Origin: Alphaproteobacteria bacterium
GTDB lineage: Bacteria; Pseudomonadota; Alphaproteobacteria; UBA2966; CAIVPW01
Assembly: GCA_016869235.1 (NCBI GenBank)
Contig: VGER01000005.1
Span: 575 to 64,574, forward strand
DNA length: 64,000 nucleotides
Direction of reading: 5' to 3'
In this document: in pieces, positions 20,027 through 30,898 of the stretch
Layout: every line of letters starts with the position of its first letter
Position numbering within the stretch: the stretch's first letter is position 1
Position numbers and translations under genes: made by a program
The notes under the pieces: model-generated
What the model was told of the DNA's origin: nothing
Databases searched by the model: none
The model's input: the letters and a program-made list of their open reading frames with translations, nothing else

Positions 20027-21364
20027 TTGCCTAAGAAGCTGTTCATCAAGACCTACGGCTGCCAGATGAACGTCTACGACTCCGCCCGCATGGCGGACGT
20101 CCTCGGCGGCCAAGGCTACGCCGCGGTGGAGACGCCGGAGGAGGCCGACCTCGTTGTTCTCAACACCTGCCACATCCGCGAGAAGGCAGCGGAAAAGGTT
20201 TACTCGGAGCTCGGCCGCCTGAATGCGCTGCGTCGTTTTCGCCGCGGCCAGGGCGGCGATCTGCGCATCGCCGTGGCGGGTTGCGTCGCGCAGGCCGAAG
20301 GCGCCGAGATGCGCCGGCGCGCGCCGTTCGTCGACCTCGTCGTCGGGCCGCAGGCGTATCACCGCCTCGGCGATCTGGTTTCGCAGCTCGAACGCGCGGG
20401 CGAGCAGGCGGTGGAAACAGATTTTCCTGCCGAGACGAAGTTCGACGCGCTACCCGCACCCAGCTCCACCGCGACCGCGGCGTTCCTCACGGTGCAGGAG
20501 GGTTGCGACAAATTCTGCTCGTTCTGCGTCGTGCCGTACACCCGCGGCGCCGAGTATTCGCGTCCTGTCGCCGACGTGCTCGCCGAGGCCGAACGTCTCG
20601 TCGAGCTCGGCGCGCGCGAGATCACCCTGCTCGGCCAGAACGTCAATGCCTATCACGGCGAACGCTCCGATGGCGGCCGCTGCTCGCTCGGCGAACTTAT
20701 CCGCCGGCTGGCCGAGATCCCCGCGCTGCAGCGCATCCGCTACACGACCTCGCACCCGCTCGACATGGACCCAGAGCTGATCCGCACCCACGCCGAGGTG
20801 CCGGCACTGATGCCGTTCGTGCACCTGCCGGTGCAGTCGGGCTCGGACCGCGTGCTGGAGGCTATGAACCGCCGTCACCGCGTCGATGACTATCGCCGCG
20901 TCGTCGATGCCCTGCGCGGCGCGCGCACCGACATCGCGCTGTCCGGCGATTTCATCGTCGGCTTCCCCGGCGAAACCGACGACGACTTCGCCGACACGCT
21001 GCGCCTGGTCGAGAACGTCGGCTACGCGCACGCCTATTCGTTCAAGTATTCGCCGCGGCCTGGAACGCCGGCGGCGGAACGCGAGCAGCTCGACGACGTC
21101 GTCAAGGTGCGCCGGCTCGAGCAGCTCAACGCGCTCTTGGATTTGCAGCGCGCCACATTCGACGCGGCGACCGTGGGACGCACGGTGGGCGTGCTGCTCG
21201 AGCGCGCCGGCCGCCATCCTGGCCAGCTTGCCGGCCGCAGCCCCTACATGCAGGCGGTGCACGTCGCCGCGGACGCGAGCCTGCTCGGCACGCTCGCCAG
21301 CGTCGAGATCGATTCCGCCTGTCCAAACTCCCTGTCCGGCCGCCTCGCGGTGAGCGCGCCTTGA
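20027..21364 (+). CDS. miaB: tRNA methylthiotransferase MiaB
   Basis: [21 protein letters not shown], radical-SAM motif CDKFCSFC and a C-terminal TRAM domain. TTG start inferred. Confidence 0.96.
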   Translation: MPKKLFIKTYGCQMNVYDSARMADVLGGQGYAAVETPEEADLVVLNTCHIREKAAEKVYSELGRLNALRRFRRGQGGDLRIAVAGCVAQAEGAEMRRRAPFVDLVVGPQAYHRLGDLVSQLERAGEQAVETDFPAETKFDALPAPSSTATAAFLTVQEGCDKFCSFCVVPYTRGAEYSRPVADVLAEAERLVELGAREITLLGQNVNAYHGERSDGGRCSLGELIRRLAEIPALQRIRYTTSHPLDMDPELIRTHAEVPALMPFVHLPVQSGSDRVLEAMNRRHRVDDYRRVVDALRGARTDIALSGDFIVGFPGETDDDFADTLRLVENVGYAHAYSFKYSPRPGTPAAEREQLDDVVKVRRLEQLNALLDLQRATFDAATVGRTVGVLLERAGRHPGQLAGRSPYMQAVHVAADASLLGTLASVEIDSACPNSLSGRLAVSAP

Positions 21365-22404
21365 AGCCATCGCCTTCGCGCAAGGCGTCGGCCAAAGTCC
21401 CGGCGCGGCCGCCGCTCCTGCTGAACTTCGACGACAACCGGCTGCTCGGCCAGCTGTTCGGCGAGCACGACCGCCACCTCGCGCGCATCGAGAAGGAGTT
21501 CGGCGTCATCGTCTCCTCGCGCGGTAATCGTGTGTCTGTCGCCGGCAGCGCGGCTGCGCAGCAGGCCACCAAGCACGTACTGACCAATCTCTACGAACAG
21601 GCGCGACGCGGGCTCGACGTCGGCGACGCGGCCGTCTCCAGCGCGATCCGCATGGCTGAGCGCGGCGCGCCGCATGCGCACGGCGCCGGCAAGGCCATGG
21701 ACGAGGGCTGGAGCGCCGACGACGTCGTCATCCAGACGCGCGGCCGCAAGCCGATCCTGCCGCGCTCGCCCAACCAAGCCGAGTACATCCGCGAGCTGCG
21801 CGCCAAAGAGCTTGTGTTCGGCCTCGGACCCGCCGGCACCGGCAAGACTTTCCTCGCCGTCGCGGTAGGCGTCTCCATGCTGCTTGAGGGGCGCGTCGAG
21901 CGCATCATCCTGTCGCGGCCGGCCGTCGAGGCCGGCGAACGCCTCGGCTTCCTGCCGGGCGACCTGCGCGAGAAGGTCGATCCCTACATGCGCCCGCTCT
22001 ACGACGCCCTGTATCACACGCTGCCGGCCGACCGCGTCGCGCGCTCGCTCGAATCCGGAGACATCGAGATCGCGCCGCTCGCCTTCATGCGCGGGCGCAC
22101 GCTGTCCGATTCCTACATCATCCTCGACGAGGCGCAGAACACCACCACCGCGCAGATGAAGATGGCGCTCACCCGCATGGGCGAGAATTCGCGCATGGTG
22201 GTGACCGGGGATCTCTCGCAGATCGACCTGCCCAAGGGCGTGAAGTCCGGCCTCAAGGAAGCGGTGCACGTGCTGCATGCCATGGATGGCGTCGGCTTCA
22301 TGACGTTCGGGCAAGCCGACGTGTTGCGTCATCCGCTGGTAACGTGCATCGTCAAAGCTTACGAAACCAAGGAAGCCGAAAGCGGCAGCGACGATCGATC
22401 ATGA
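21361..22404 (+). CDS. phoH: PhoH family ATPase (YbeZ-like)
   Basis: [33 protein letters not shown] and LDEAQN. Confidence 0.96.
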   Translation: MKPSPSRKASAKVPARPPLLLNFDDNRLLGQLFGEHDRHLARIEKEFGVIVSSRGNRVSVAGSAAAQQATKHVLTNLYEQARRGLDVGDAAVSSAIRMAERGAPHAHGAGKAMDEGWSADDVVIQTRGRKPILPRSPNQAEYIRELRAKELVFGLGPAGTGKTFLAVAVGVSMLLEGRVERIILSRPAVEAGERLGFLPGDLREKVDPYMRPLYDALYHTLPADRVARSLESGDIEIAPLAFMRGRTLSDSYIILDEAQNTTTAQMKMALTRMGENSRMVVTGDLSQIDLPKGVKSGLKEAVHVLHAMDGVGFMTFGQADVLRHPLVTCIVKAYETKEAESGSDDRS

Positions 22405-23210
22405 GTGAGTTCTGTCTCGTCCGTATCATGGCGCCCTCCGAGCAGTGGCAGGCCGCCAAGCGCGATGTTCCTGACTTCGTCACCAACGTAGTGCAGCGCG
22501 CGGTGGCCGGCAGCGGCCGCGTTCACAGCGACTCGGAAGTCTCGGTCGTGCTCAGCGACGACCGCGAGCTGCGCCTGCTCAACAACGAATACCGCGGCAT
22601 CGACAAGCCGACCAACGTCCTCGTCTTCCCCGGCGAGCCGCTTGACGAGGACAACACCGCCTACACCGCCGGCGGCAAGCCGCTCGTGTTGGGCGACGTG
22701 GTGCTTGCCTACGAGACGATTGCCGCCGAGGCCGCCGACCAAGGCAAGACCTTCGAGCATCATCTCGCCCATCTCTTGGTGCACGGCACGCTGCACCTGT
22801 GCCGCTACGACCACGACAAGCCGGCCGACGCCGAGAAGATGGAGAACCTCGAGCGCAAGATCCTCAAGGAGCTGAACATCAAGGATCCCTACGCCGAGCT
22901 GCCTGCGAAGCAGGACGCGCCGCCCGCACCGGAAACCCCGGCCGAGCCGGTGCCGGCCGCCGAACATCCGGCGGCGCGCAGGGCTCCCGTCGTTAAGCCG
23001 GCCGCGAAGAAGACGGCGCGCAAGAAACCGGCAAAACATGCGGCGGCGAAGCCGGTGCGCAAACCGGCTGCCGTAAGGAAGCTGACGAAAGCGCGGCCGG
23101 CGAAAGCTCGGCCCAAGGCGAAGGCCAAGCCGAAGGCGAAGGTAATTGCGAAGGTCAAGGCCAAGGCCAAGCCCAAGGCGTCGGCGCGCCGAAGCAAGTC
23201 CCGGCGATGA
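22401..23210 (+). CDS. ybeY: rRNA maturation RNase YbeY with a long Lys/Ala/Pro-rich C-terminal extension
   Basis: LNNEYRGIDKPTNVL, LGDVV and HGTLHLCRYDH (H3xH5xH); ATGA overlap with phoH. Confidence 0.93.
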   Translation: MSEFCLVRIMAPSEQWQAAKRDVPDFVTNVVQRAVAGSGRVHSDSEVSVVLSDDRELRLLNNEYRGIDKPTNVLVFPGEPLDEDNTAYTAGGKPLVLGDVVLAYETIAAEAADQGKTFEHHLAHLLVHGTLHLCRYDHDKPADAEKMENLERKILKELNIKDPYAELPAKQDAPPAPETPAEPVPAAEHPAARRAPVVKPAAKKTARKKPAKHAAAKPVRKPAAVRKLTKARPAKARPKAKAKPKAKVIAKVKAKAKPKASARRSKSRR

Positions 23211-24172
23211 GTCTTCGTCCCGACGATCCAGCGGACCTCGACGGACCGGTTGCGACGACCGAGCCAGCGGCGGAGCCGTCCGTTGCGCAGACGTTCGGGG
23301 ACTGGCTGCGTAACCTCGCAGGGCGCGCCGGCGACAACACCGACGACGCTCTCGCCGAGCGTCTAGGCGATGACACCAAGGCTTTCGGCAACCTGACGCC
23401 GGGTGAAAGACTGATCCTCCTGAACGTGCTGCGCCTCGGCGAGGTGCGGGTTGGCGATGTCATGGTGCCGCGCGCCGACATCGTCGCGGTGAGCGAGGAC
23501 GTGCAGCTGCCCGAGCTCATCAAGTTGTTCCGCGACGGTGTGCACTCGCGCCTGCCGGTCTACCGCGGCAACCTCGACGAGATCGTCGGCTTCATTCACA
23601 TCAAGGACGTCTTCGAGTTCTGGGATCGCGCCAAGCGCTTCAACCTGCCGCGCATCGTGCGCGAGATCCTGTTTGTGCCGGCCTCGATGCTCGTCGTCGA
23701 CCTCCTGCTCAAGATGCGTCTCACCCGCGTGCACATGGCGGTGGTGGTGGACGAGTACGGCGGCAGCGACGGGCTCGTCACCATCGAGGACCTCGTCGAA
23801 GAGATCGTCGGCGAGATCGAAGGCGAGCACGCCCGCGTGCAAGGGCCGATGTTCACCGTGCAGGCGGACGGCAGGATCATCGCGCAGGGCCGCGCCCCGG
23901 TGATCGAGCTCGAGGAACGGCTCGGCATCGCCCTCCTGCCCGAGGAGCGCGGGGAAGACATCGAGACGATCGGTGGGTTGCTGGTGTCCCTGGCCGGGAG
24001 CGTGCCCATGCGCGGCGAGTTGATCGCCCATCCGAGCGGCCTCGAGTTCGAGGTGCTCGATTCCGATCCGCGTCGCGTCAAGCGCGTGCGCATCGCTAGA
24101 GTCAATCGCGTCGCCCAGGGAGACAAGACGGCCGGCGAGCCGCCGGTGTCCGAGGACGCACCCAGCGCATGA
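23207..24172 (+). CDS. corC: CBS/CorC-HlyC domain protein (YbeX/CorC)
   Basis: DVMVPRADI, HSRLPVY and VVDEYGGSDGLVTIEDLVEEIVGEI. Confidence 0.92.
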   Translation: MSLRPDDPADLDGPVATTEPAAEPSVAQTFGDWLRNLAGRAGDNTDDALAERLGDDTKAFGNLTPGERLILLNVLRLGEVRVGDVMVPRADIVAVSEDVQLPELIKLFRDGVHSRLPVYRGNLDEIVGFIHIKDVFEFWDRAKRFNLPRIVREILFVPASMLVVDLLLKMRLTRVHMAVVVDEYGGSDGLVTIEDLVEEIVGEIEGEHARVQGPMFTVQADGRIIAQGRAPVIELEERLGIALLPEERGEDIETIGGLLVSLAGSVPMRGELIAHPSGLEFEVLDSDPRRVKRVRIARVNRVAQGDKTAGEPPVSEDAPSA

Positions 24173-24182
24173 GCGCCCCAGC

Positions 24183-25757
24183 TTGAGCACTCTGGCCGCG
24201 CGGCTTGCCGGCGCCTGCGGCTGGCGCCGCACGCTCCTGCTGCTCGTGCTCGGCGCGCTCGCCACCCTGGCGATGCCGCCGGTCTCGTTCACGCCGGCGC
24301 TGCTGCTCGCGTTTCCCGGCTTGGTCTGTCTGCTGGACGGCAGCGCGCGCGGCTGGCGGGCGCTGCTCGACGGCTGGCTGTTCGGCTTCGGCTTCTTCGT
24401 CACCGGACTTTATTGGGTCTCCAACGCCCTGCTCACCGACGCCGAGCAGTTCGCCTGGCTGGTGCCGTTCGCCGTCGCCGGGTTACCGGCGCTGCTGGCA
24501 CTGTTCACCGGAGCCGCCGCGCTGCTGTTCCACTGGCTGCGCACCACCGGGCCTTCGCGCGTGCTCACCTTAGCGGTGGTGTGGACCATCGGTGAATGGG
24601 CGCGCGGCCACGCATTTACCGGCTTTCCGTGGAACCTAGTCGGCACGACCTGGGATTGGTCCGACGCGATGCTGCAGGCGAACTCACTCATCGGCGTCTA
24701 CGGGCTGAGCCTGCTCACCGTGCTGGTGGCGGCCGCGCCCGCGGCGCTCGCTTCGGCGGGCGGGCGCGAGGGCGCGCACGGCTGGCTGATGCCCTCGCTC
24801 GCGGCGGTGCTGGTGGCCGCCGGATTTGTATTCGGCTTCCTGCGGCTGGCCGCGGCCGACAACGGCACGGTGGCCGGCGCCGAGGTGCGCATCGTGCAGG
24901 CCAACATCGCCCAGCAGATGAAGTGGGAGCCGGACCAGCTGCGCGCCAATGTCGAGCGGCATCTCACCCTCACGCGCCGGCCCGGCATCGAGGCGCGCCG
25001 CATCGTCGTGTGGCCGGAAACGGCGCTGCCCTATGACATCGAGCGCGATGCGGCGTTGCGCTCGGCGCTCGGCGGCCTCATCGCTCCCGGCGCGCTGCTC
25101 GCCACCGGCGTGCCACGCGCCGAGCTGGATGCGACTGGACAGTACCTGTCGCGCGTCTGGAATAGCGTCGCGGTGCTCGACTCCGCCGGCGTCATCGTCG
25201 GCACCTACGACAAGGCGCACCTCGTGCCGTTCGGCGAGTACGTGCCACTGCGGCCCCTCCTCGCCTCGCTAGGGCTGCGCGCCGTCACCGGATTCCTCGA
25301 CCACTCGGCCGGACCGGGTCCGCGCACGCTGGCACTGCCCGGCGTACCGCCGGTCAGCCCGCTGATCTGCTACGAAGCGATCTTTCCTGCCGCCGTCGCC
25401 GCCGAGCCGCGCCCCGGCTGGCTGCTCAACGTCACCAACGACGGCTGGTATGGCGCCTCGGCCGGCCCCTACCAGCACTTTGCCAGTGCCCGCATCCGCG
25501 CCGTCGAGGAAGGCTTGCCGCTGGTGCGCGCCGCCAACACCGGCATCTCCGGCGTGATCGACAGCTACGGGCGCGTGCGCGCCAGCCTCGGCCTGCTGGA
25601 GGAGGGCGTGGTGGATTCCGCTCTGCCGGTGGCTTTGCCGCCCACGCTGTACGCGCGCCTCGGCGACCTGCCACTCTTGATTGTCTTGGGCCTTTACGGC
25701 GCGGTGCTTATTGTCGTCGCAGTTGTGAGTAGGAAATCCGTCGCGACGGATAGATGA
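24183..25757 (+). CDS. lnt: Apolipoprotein N-acyltransferase
   Basis: FTGFPWN, VWPETA, YDKAHLVPFGEYVP, ICYEAIF, TNDGWYG and RAANTGIS. The true start may be ATG 24169 if one C is missing at 24176-24179. Confidence 0.96.
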   Translation: MSTLAARLAGACGWRRTLLLLVLGALATLAMPPVSFTPALLLAFPGLVCLLDGSARGWRALLDGWLFGFGFFVTGLYWVSNALLTDAEQFAWLVPFAVAGLPALLALFTGAAALLFHWLRTTGPSRVLTLAVVWTIGEWARGHAFTGFPWNLVGTTWDWSDAMLQANSLIGVYGLSLLTVLVAAAPAALASAGGREGAHGWLMPSLAAVLVAAGFVFGFLRLAAADNGTVAGAEVRIVQANIAQQMKWEPDQLRANVERHLTLTRRPGIEARRIVVWPETALPYDIERDAALRSALGGLIAPGALLATGVPRAELDATGQYLSRVWNSVAVLDSAGVIVGTYDKAHLVPFGEYVPLRPLLASLGLRAVTGFLDHSAGPGPRTLALPGVPPVSPLICYEAIFPAAVAAEPRPGWLLNVTNDGWYGASAGPYQHFASARIRAVEEGLPLVRAANTGISGVIDSYGRVRASLGLLEEGVVDSALPVALPPTLYARLGDLPLLIVLGLYGAVLIVVAVVSRKSVATDR

Positions 25758-25976
25758 ACCCACATGCCGACGCCACGAGCGCTTGCTATCGGACTGTCAA
25801 CCCGTGGTAACCGGCGAGGATTTTTCCGTTGACCACTGCGCATGCATTCCCGTATCTAGCATACCGCCGTATGCGAGTTGCTGGCGTTCTCGGGTTGCAT
25901 GCGCGCGCGTTTCCCTGCGTAGTTGGCCGGACACCACCCGGCGAGTGCCAATCCAAAAACCTACGGGGGTTCTCGC

Positions 25977-26441
25977 GTGGCAACTAGCGCAGGCACTGTG
26001 ACGCGCCGGAAGCGGGGCGGCAAAGGCGGCCCCAACCCGATCGACGTTCACGTCGGCGGCCGTGTGCGGCTGCGGCGCACACTGCTCGGCATGAGCCAGG
26101 AGAAGCTCGCCAAGGCCGTCAATCTGACCTTCCAGCAGATCCAGAAATACGAGCGCGGCTCGAACCGCATCGGCGCGAGCCGCCTGTTCCAGTTCGCGCA
26201 CGTGCTCGACGTGCCAGTGTCGTTCTTCTACGACGACATGCCCGACGGCTCCGAGAAAGCGAAGCTGCTGGCGGCCGACGGCAATGCCGAGCCGTTCGAG
26301 CAGGACCAGCTGGCGCGGCGCGAGACGCTCGAGCTGGTGCGCGCCTACTACCGCATCAACGACTCGACGGTGCGCCGGCGCATCTTCGAGCTCACCAAGA
26401 CCCTCTCCCGCTCCGAAGATCGGCTTGCAAAGCGTTCCTGA
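25977..26441 (+). CDS. XRE-family helix-turn-helix regulator
   Basis: PNPIDVHVGGRVRLRR..LGMSQEKLA...TFQQIQKYERGSNRIGASRL. Confidence 0.93.
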   Translation: MATSAGTVTRRKRGGKGGPNPIDVHVGGRVRLRRTLLGMSQEKLAKAVNLTFQQIQKYERGSNRIGASRLFQFAHVLDVPVSFFYDDMPDGSEKAKLLAADGNAEPFEQDQLARRETLELVRAYYRINDSTVRRRIFELTKTLSRSEDRLAKRS

Positions 26442-26585
26442 GGCGCGGGGGCGCGGGGCGGCGCCAGAACCTCTTGACCGCCCCCGCCAAACGCTGCACG
26501 AAGGGCCCGCACGCGTGGGGCAACGCGTGATTCCGGTGCCAGGGCCCTCACTCGGGCCGGCGTCGCACTTGAGGGAGGCAGAAGC

Positions 26586-27755
26586 GTGCGGAAATCCGAG
26601 TACGTATTCACGAGCGAGTCGGTGTCGGAGGGTCATCCCGACAAGCTCTGCGACCTCATTTCCGATTCCATCGTCGACGCGTTCCTGAAGGCTGATCCGG
26701 CCGCCCGCGTCGCGTGCGAGACGCTCGCGACGACGAACAAGGTCGTGATCGCCGGCGAGGTGCGCGGCAAGGGTGCTCCTTCCGCGGACCAGCGCGCCAA
26801 GATCGTGCGCGACGCCATCAAGGACGTCGGCTACGAGCAGGACGGCTTCCACTGGAAGACCGTCGACATCGAGGACTACATCCACGCTCAGTCGGCCAAC
26901 ATCGCCCAGGGCGTCGACGCCGCCGGCAACAAGGACGAGGGCGCGGGCGACCAGGGCATCATGTTCGGCTACGCCTGCCGCGAGACCCCGACGCTGATGC
27001 CGGCGCCCATCTACTACGCGCACCAGATTCTCAAGCTGATGACCGAGGCCCGCCACGCCGGCAAGGAGAAGGCGTTCGAGCCCGACGCCAAGAGCCAGGT
27101 CACTCTTCTCTACGAGAACGGCAAGCCGGTGAAGGCGACATGCGTCGTCGTCTCCACCCAGCACAAGAAGGGCCTCGACCAGGACAAGATGCGCGCCATC
27201 GTGCGTCCCTACGTCGAGAAGGTCCTGCCCAAGGGCTGGATGTGCCCCGAGGACGACTTCTACGTGAACCCGACCGGCCTGTTCGAGATCGGTGGCCCCG
27301 ACGGCGATACCGGCCTCACCGGCCGCAAGATCATCGTCGACACCTACGGCGGGGCGGCGCCGCACGGCGGCGGTGCGTTCTCGGGCAAGGACCCGACCAA
27401 GGTGGACCGCTCGGCGGCGTACGCCGCGCGCTACCTCGCCAAGAACGTGGTTGCCGCCGGCTTCGCCGATCGCTGCACCATCCAGGTCGCCTACGCGATC
27501 GGCGTCTCCAAGCCGCTTGCGCTGTACGTGGATACCCACGACACCGGTACGGTGGACGAAGGCAAGCTCGGCAAGGCGCTCCAGGAAGTGATGGACCTGA
27601 GCCCGCGCGGCATCCGCACCAAGCTTGGCTTGAACAAGCCGATCTATGCGCGCACCGCCGCGTACGGCCACTTCGGACGCGAGGCGGACAAGGACGGCGG
27701 CTTCTCGTGGGAGCGCACCGACCTAGTCGGCGACCTCAAGTCCGCCCTGTCCTGA
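26586..27755 (+). CDS. metK: S-adenosylmethionine synthetase
   Basis: [30 protein letters not shown] and [16 protein letters not shown]. Confidence 0.99.
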   Translation: MRKSEYVFTSESVSEGHPDKLCDLISDSIVDAFLKADPAARVACETLATTNKVVIAGEVRGKGAPSADQRAKIVRDAIKDVGYEQDGFHWKTVDIEDYIHAQSANIAQGVDAAGNKDEGAGDQGIMFGYACRETPTLMPAPIYYAHQILKLMTEARHAGKEKAFEPDAKSQVTLLYENGKPVKATCVVVSTQHKKGLDQDKMRAIVRPYVEKVLPKGWMCPEDDFYVNPTGLFEIGGPDGDTGLTGRKIIVDTYGGAAPHGGGAFSGKDPTKVDRSAAYAARYLAKNVVAAGFADRCTIQVAYAIGVSKPLALYVDTHDTGTVDEGKLGKALQEVMDLSPRGIRTKLGLNKPIYARTAAYGHFGREADKDGGFSWERTDLVGDLKSALS

Positions 27756-27759
27756 TCCG

Positions 27760-28482
27760 CTGACGAACTCTCCCGCCGGCAAGCGCAACACTCGGGTCTA
27801 CGGCCGCCGTATCGGCCGGCCGCTGCGCAAGGCGCGGCAGGAGCTGATCGACTCGCTTCTGCCGCAGCTGCGTGTCGTCCCCGCGTCCGAGGGCGGACCG
27901 CCGCTCGATCTTCCGTCGCTGTTTCCGGGCGCGGAATCGATCTGGATCGAGTTTGGGTTCGGCGCGGGCGAACATCTCGCCTGGCAGGCTGCTCACCATC
28001 CAGCCGTCGGCATGCTGGGTTGCGAGGTGTTCCAGAACGGCGTCGCCAGCCTGTTGCGTCACGTGCGCGAGCAAGGCCTCGCCAATGTGCGCATCGCCGA
28101 AACCGATTCGTTCCGGGTGCTCGGTTCGCTGCCGGAAACCTCCATCGGCCGCGCGTTCCTGCTGTTTCCGGATCCCTGGCCCAAGGCGCGCCACCACCGC
28201 CGCCGCTTCGTGCGCGGCGAGGTGCTCGACCTTCTCGCCCGCGCGCTCGCCGATGGCGCCGAATTCCGCTTCGCCACCGATCACGCCGACTACTGCGCGT
28301 GGGTGCTGGCGCGGCTGCTCGCCCACCCGGCGTTCGCCTGGGCTGCCGAGCATCCGGCCGACTGGCGGGTGCGTCCCGCCGACTGGCCCCCGACCCGCTA
28401 CGAGGAGCGGGCGCTCGCCGCGGGCAGAAGCCCGGTTTTCCTGACGTTTCAGCGCAGGCCGCGCCGGTCCGGAGCGACCTAG
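27760..28482 (+). CDS. trmB: tRNA (guanine-N7)-methyltransferase
   Basis: The frame of ORF 28012 is open back to TAG 27724 and encodes YGRRIGRPLR, IEFGFGAGEHL, FPDPWPKARHHRRRF, FATD and TRYE. There is no ATG/GTG/TTG before the conserved N-terminus, so CTG 27760 is inferred. Confidence 0.9.
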   Translation: MTNSPAGKRNTRVYGRRIGRPLRKARQELIDSLLPQLRVVPASEGGPPLDLPSLFPGAESIWIEFGFGAGEHLAWQAAHHPAVGMLGCEVFQNGVASLLRHVREQGLANVRIAETDSFRVLGSLPETSIGRAFLLFPDPWPKARHHRRRFVRGEVLDLLARALADGAEFRFATDHADYCAWVLARLLAHPAFAWAAEHPADWRVRPADWPPTRYEERALAAGRSPVFLTFQRRPRRSGAT

Positions 28483-28531
28483 GCGGTTGCGCCGCTGTCT
28501 CAGGCCGAGGCCGGAGGCGGCCACTTTGCAG

Positions 28532-28560
28532 TTGCCCCGCCCGGTTGACCGCCCTATATC
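28532..28560 (+). promoter_or_regulatory. Sigma70-type promoter of the rimP-nusA-infB operon
   Basis: TTGCCC-N17-TATATC. Confidence 0.55.
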
Positions 28561-28601
28561 GGACGCATCTGGTCGGCCTGACGTTCGTCAGTACGGCATC
28601 T

Positions 28602-28637
28602 GAAAGTGGGTCCTCTCGATAGGGTTGACCTACTTCC
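28602..28637 (+). promoter_or_regulatory. rimP leader hairpin
   Basis: AAGTGGGTC...GACCTACTT stem upstream of rimP, resembling conserved rimP leader hairpins. Confidence 0.5.
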
Positions 28638-28729
28638 CTAGACCCGAAATGACCCAAGGTTGCGGGCCGGGCGGCAGGCCGGACGCGGCCGGTATCTTGC
28701 CTACCGCCGGCTGATTGCCACGGGTACGC

Positions 28730-29299
28730 TTGACCACAACCAAGGCCAAGGAATTGCACGAGCTGCTGGCGCCGTCGCTTGCCTCCATGGGCTACGACCT
28801 GGTGCAGGTGCGGCTGCTGACAAGCGGCCGCCCGACCCTGCAGGTGCTCGCCGAGCCGGCGTGCGGAGGCTCCATGAGTCTCGACGACTGCAGCATGGTC
28901 AGCCGCCACATCTCCGCCGTGCTCGACGTCGAGGACCCCATCGCCGGCGCCTACAACCTCGAGGTCGGCAGCCCAGGCATCGACCGCCCGCTGGTGAAGG
29001 CCGCCGACTATGAGCGCTTCCAAGGCGAGCAGGCCAAGATCGAGACCACCGCGATGCTGGACGGGCGCAAGCGCTTCCGCGGCGTGCTCGACGGAGTCGC
29101 CGACGGCGCCGTCCGCATTCGGGTGGAGGACGGCGACGCGCACACTACCTGCGCCATTCCGCTCGATCAGATCGCGTCGGCCAAGCTCGTGCTCACCGAC
29201 GACCTCATCGCTCGCGATGCGCTGCGCCGCGGCAAAGGCCGCGACAAGGGCGACGGCGCCTCGGACACCCGCCGTGCGAGCGGCAACAAGGCCCGATAG
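28730..29299 (+). CDS. rimP: Ribosome maturation factor RimP
   Basis: DDCSMVSR..SAVLDVEDPI..AYNLEVGSPGIDRPL and GRKRFRG; start at 28715 or 28730. Confidence 0.95.
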   Translation: MTTTKAKELHELLAPSLASMGYDLVQVRLLTSGRPTLQVLAEPACGGSMSLDDCSMVSRHISAVLDVEDPIAGAYNLEVGSPGIDRPLVKAADYERFQGEQAKIETTAMLDGRKRFRGVLDGVADGAVRIRVEDGDAHTTCAIPLDQIASAKLVLTDDLIARDALRRGKGRDKGDGASDTRRASGNKAR

Positions 29300-29320
29300 G
29301 CCTAGCTAGGAACGAAGACC

Positions 29321-30898
29321 ATGGCTGCAGAAGTCGACCAAGAAGCCCCGACGGCCAGCTGGAACCGCATGGAGCTGCTCCAGCTCGCCGACGCGGTCGC
29401 GCGCGAGAAGAGCATCGAGCGCGAGACGGTGATTGCGGCGATGGAAGAGGCGATCCAGAAAGCGGCTCGCTCGAAGTACGGGCACGAGAACGACATCCGC
29501 GCCGAGATCGATCCCAAGAACGGCGAGATCCGCATCTTCCGCTGCCTCGAGGTGGTCGAGAGCGTCGAGAACGAGCCGACGCAGATCACGCTCAAGGAGG
29601 CGTCCAGCCACAACCCCGACGCCCAGGTCGGCGACATCTTGGCCGAGCCGTTGCCGCCAGTGGACTTCGGCCGCATCGCCGCGCAGACGGCGAAGCAGGT
29701 CATTGTGCAGAAGGTGCGCGAGGCCGAGCGCGAGCGTCAGTACGAGGAATACAAGGACCGCATCGGCGAGATCGCCAACGGCCTGGTGAAGCGCGTCGAC
29801 TACGGCAACGTCATCGTCGATCTCGGCCGCGCCGAAGCGATCGTACGCCGGGACGATCTGTTGCCGCGCGAGTCGTTCCGTCAGGGCGACCGCATCCGCG
29901 CCTACATCTACGACGTGCGCCGCGAGCTGCGTGGCCCGCAGATCTTCCTTTCGCGCACGCATCCGCAGTTCATGATCCAGCTCTTCAAGCAGGAAGTGCC
30001 GGAGCTCTACGACGGCATCATCGAGATCAAGGCGGTCGCCCGCGATCCGGGCAGCCGCGCCAAGATCGCCGCGCTGTCCAACGACACCAGCATCGACCCG
30101 GTCGGCGCGTGCGTCGGCATGCGCGGCAGCCGCGTCCAGGCCGTCGTCAACGAGCTGCAGGGCGAGAAGATCGACATCATCCAGTGGTCGCCCGACGCCG
30201 CCACCTTCATCGTCAACGCGCTGGCGCCCGCCGAGGTCGCCAAGGTCGTGCTGGACGAGGAGGCCAAGCGCATCGAGGTCGTCGTGCCCGACGATCAGCT
30301 GTCGCTCGCCATCGGCCGCCGCGGCCAGCATGTGCGCCTCGCCTCGCAGCTCACCGGCTGGGACATCGACATCCTCACCGAAAAGGAAGAGTCCGAGCGC
30401 CGTCAGGAAGAGTTCAAGCAGCGCACCCAGCTGTTCGTCTCGACCCTCGACGTGGACGAATTCCTCGCCCAGCTCCTGGTGACCGAGGGCTTCTCCACGG
30501 TCGAGGACATCGCCTTCGTGCCCGAGGACGAGCTCGGCTCGATCGAAGGCCTCGACGAGGGTGTGGCGGGCGAGCTGCGCAAGCGTGCGCTGCAATACCT
30601 CGAGGCGCGCAACGCCGAGTTCGAGGCGACGCGCAAGAAGCTCGGCGTCCACGACGACGTCGCCGCCATCGAGGGCCTGACGCCGGAGATGCTGGTGATT
30701 CTCGGTGAGAAGAACGTCAAGACGCTCGATGACCTCGCCGACCTTGCCGGCGACGAACTCCTCGACCTGTTGCCCGACGCCGGCCTGACCGCCGACGACG
30801 CCAACGCCATCATCATGAAGGCGCGCGCGCATTGGTTCCCCGAAGGCGAGGGACCGGGCGAGGGTGCGGATGCGAAAGGGCCGGAGGGCGCCGCCTGA
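29321..30898 (+). CDS. nusA: Transcription factor NusA
   Basis: [14 protein letters not shown]1 and KH domains ([21 protein letters not shown]) and acidic repeats. Confidence 0.99.
   Translation: MAAEVDQEAPTASWNRMELLQLADAVAREKSIERETVIAAMEEAIQKAARSKYGHENDIRAEIDPKNGEIRIFRCLEVVESVENEPTQITLKEASSHNPDAQVGDILAEPLPPVDFGRIAAQTAKQVIVQKVREAERERQYEEYKDRIGEIANGLVKRVDYGNVIVDLGRAEAIVRRDDLLPRESFRQGDRIRAYIYDVRRELRGPQIFLSRTHPQFMIQLFKQEVPELYDGIIEIKAVARDPGSRAKIAALSNDTSIDPVGACVGMRGSRVQAVVNELQGEKIDIIQWSPDAATFIVNALAPAEVAKVVLDEEAKRIEVVVPDDQLSLAIGRRGQHVRLASQLTGWDIDILTEKEESERRQEEFKQRTQLFVSTLDVDEFLAQLLVTEGFSTVEDIAFVPEDELGSIEGLDEGVAGELRKRALQYLEARNAEFEATRKKLGVHDDVAAIEGLTPEMLVILGEKNVKTLDDLADLAGDELLDLLPDAGLTADDANAIIMKARAHWFPEGEGPGEGADAKGPEGAA

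Noticed and set aside
22990-23190. GCGAAG/GCCAAG-like short repeats as a DNA tandem repeat or array
   Set aside because: They are degenerate and explained by the Lys/Ala/Pro codons of the YbeY tail.
24169-24186. Mini-ORF MSAPA* overlapping the corC stop and the lnt TTG, as a possible translational bridge
   Set aside because: Adding one C to the CCCC run gives a continuous lnt N-terminus (MSAPSLSTL), which fits the deletion-error pattern better.
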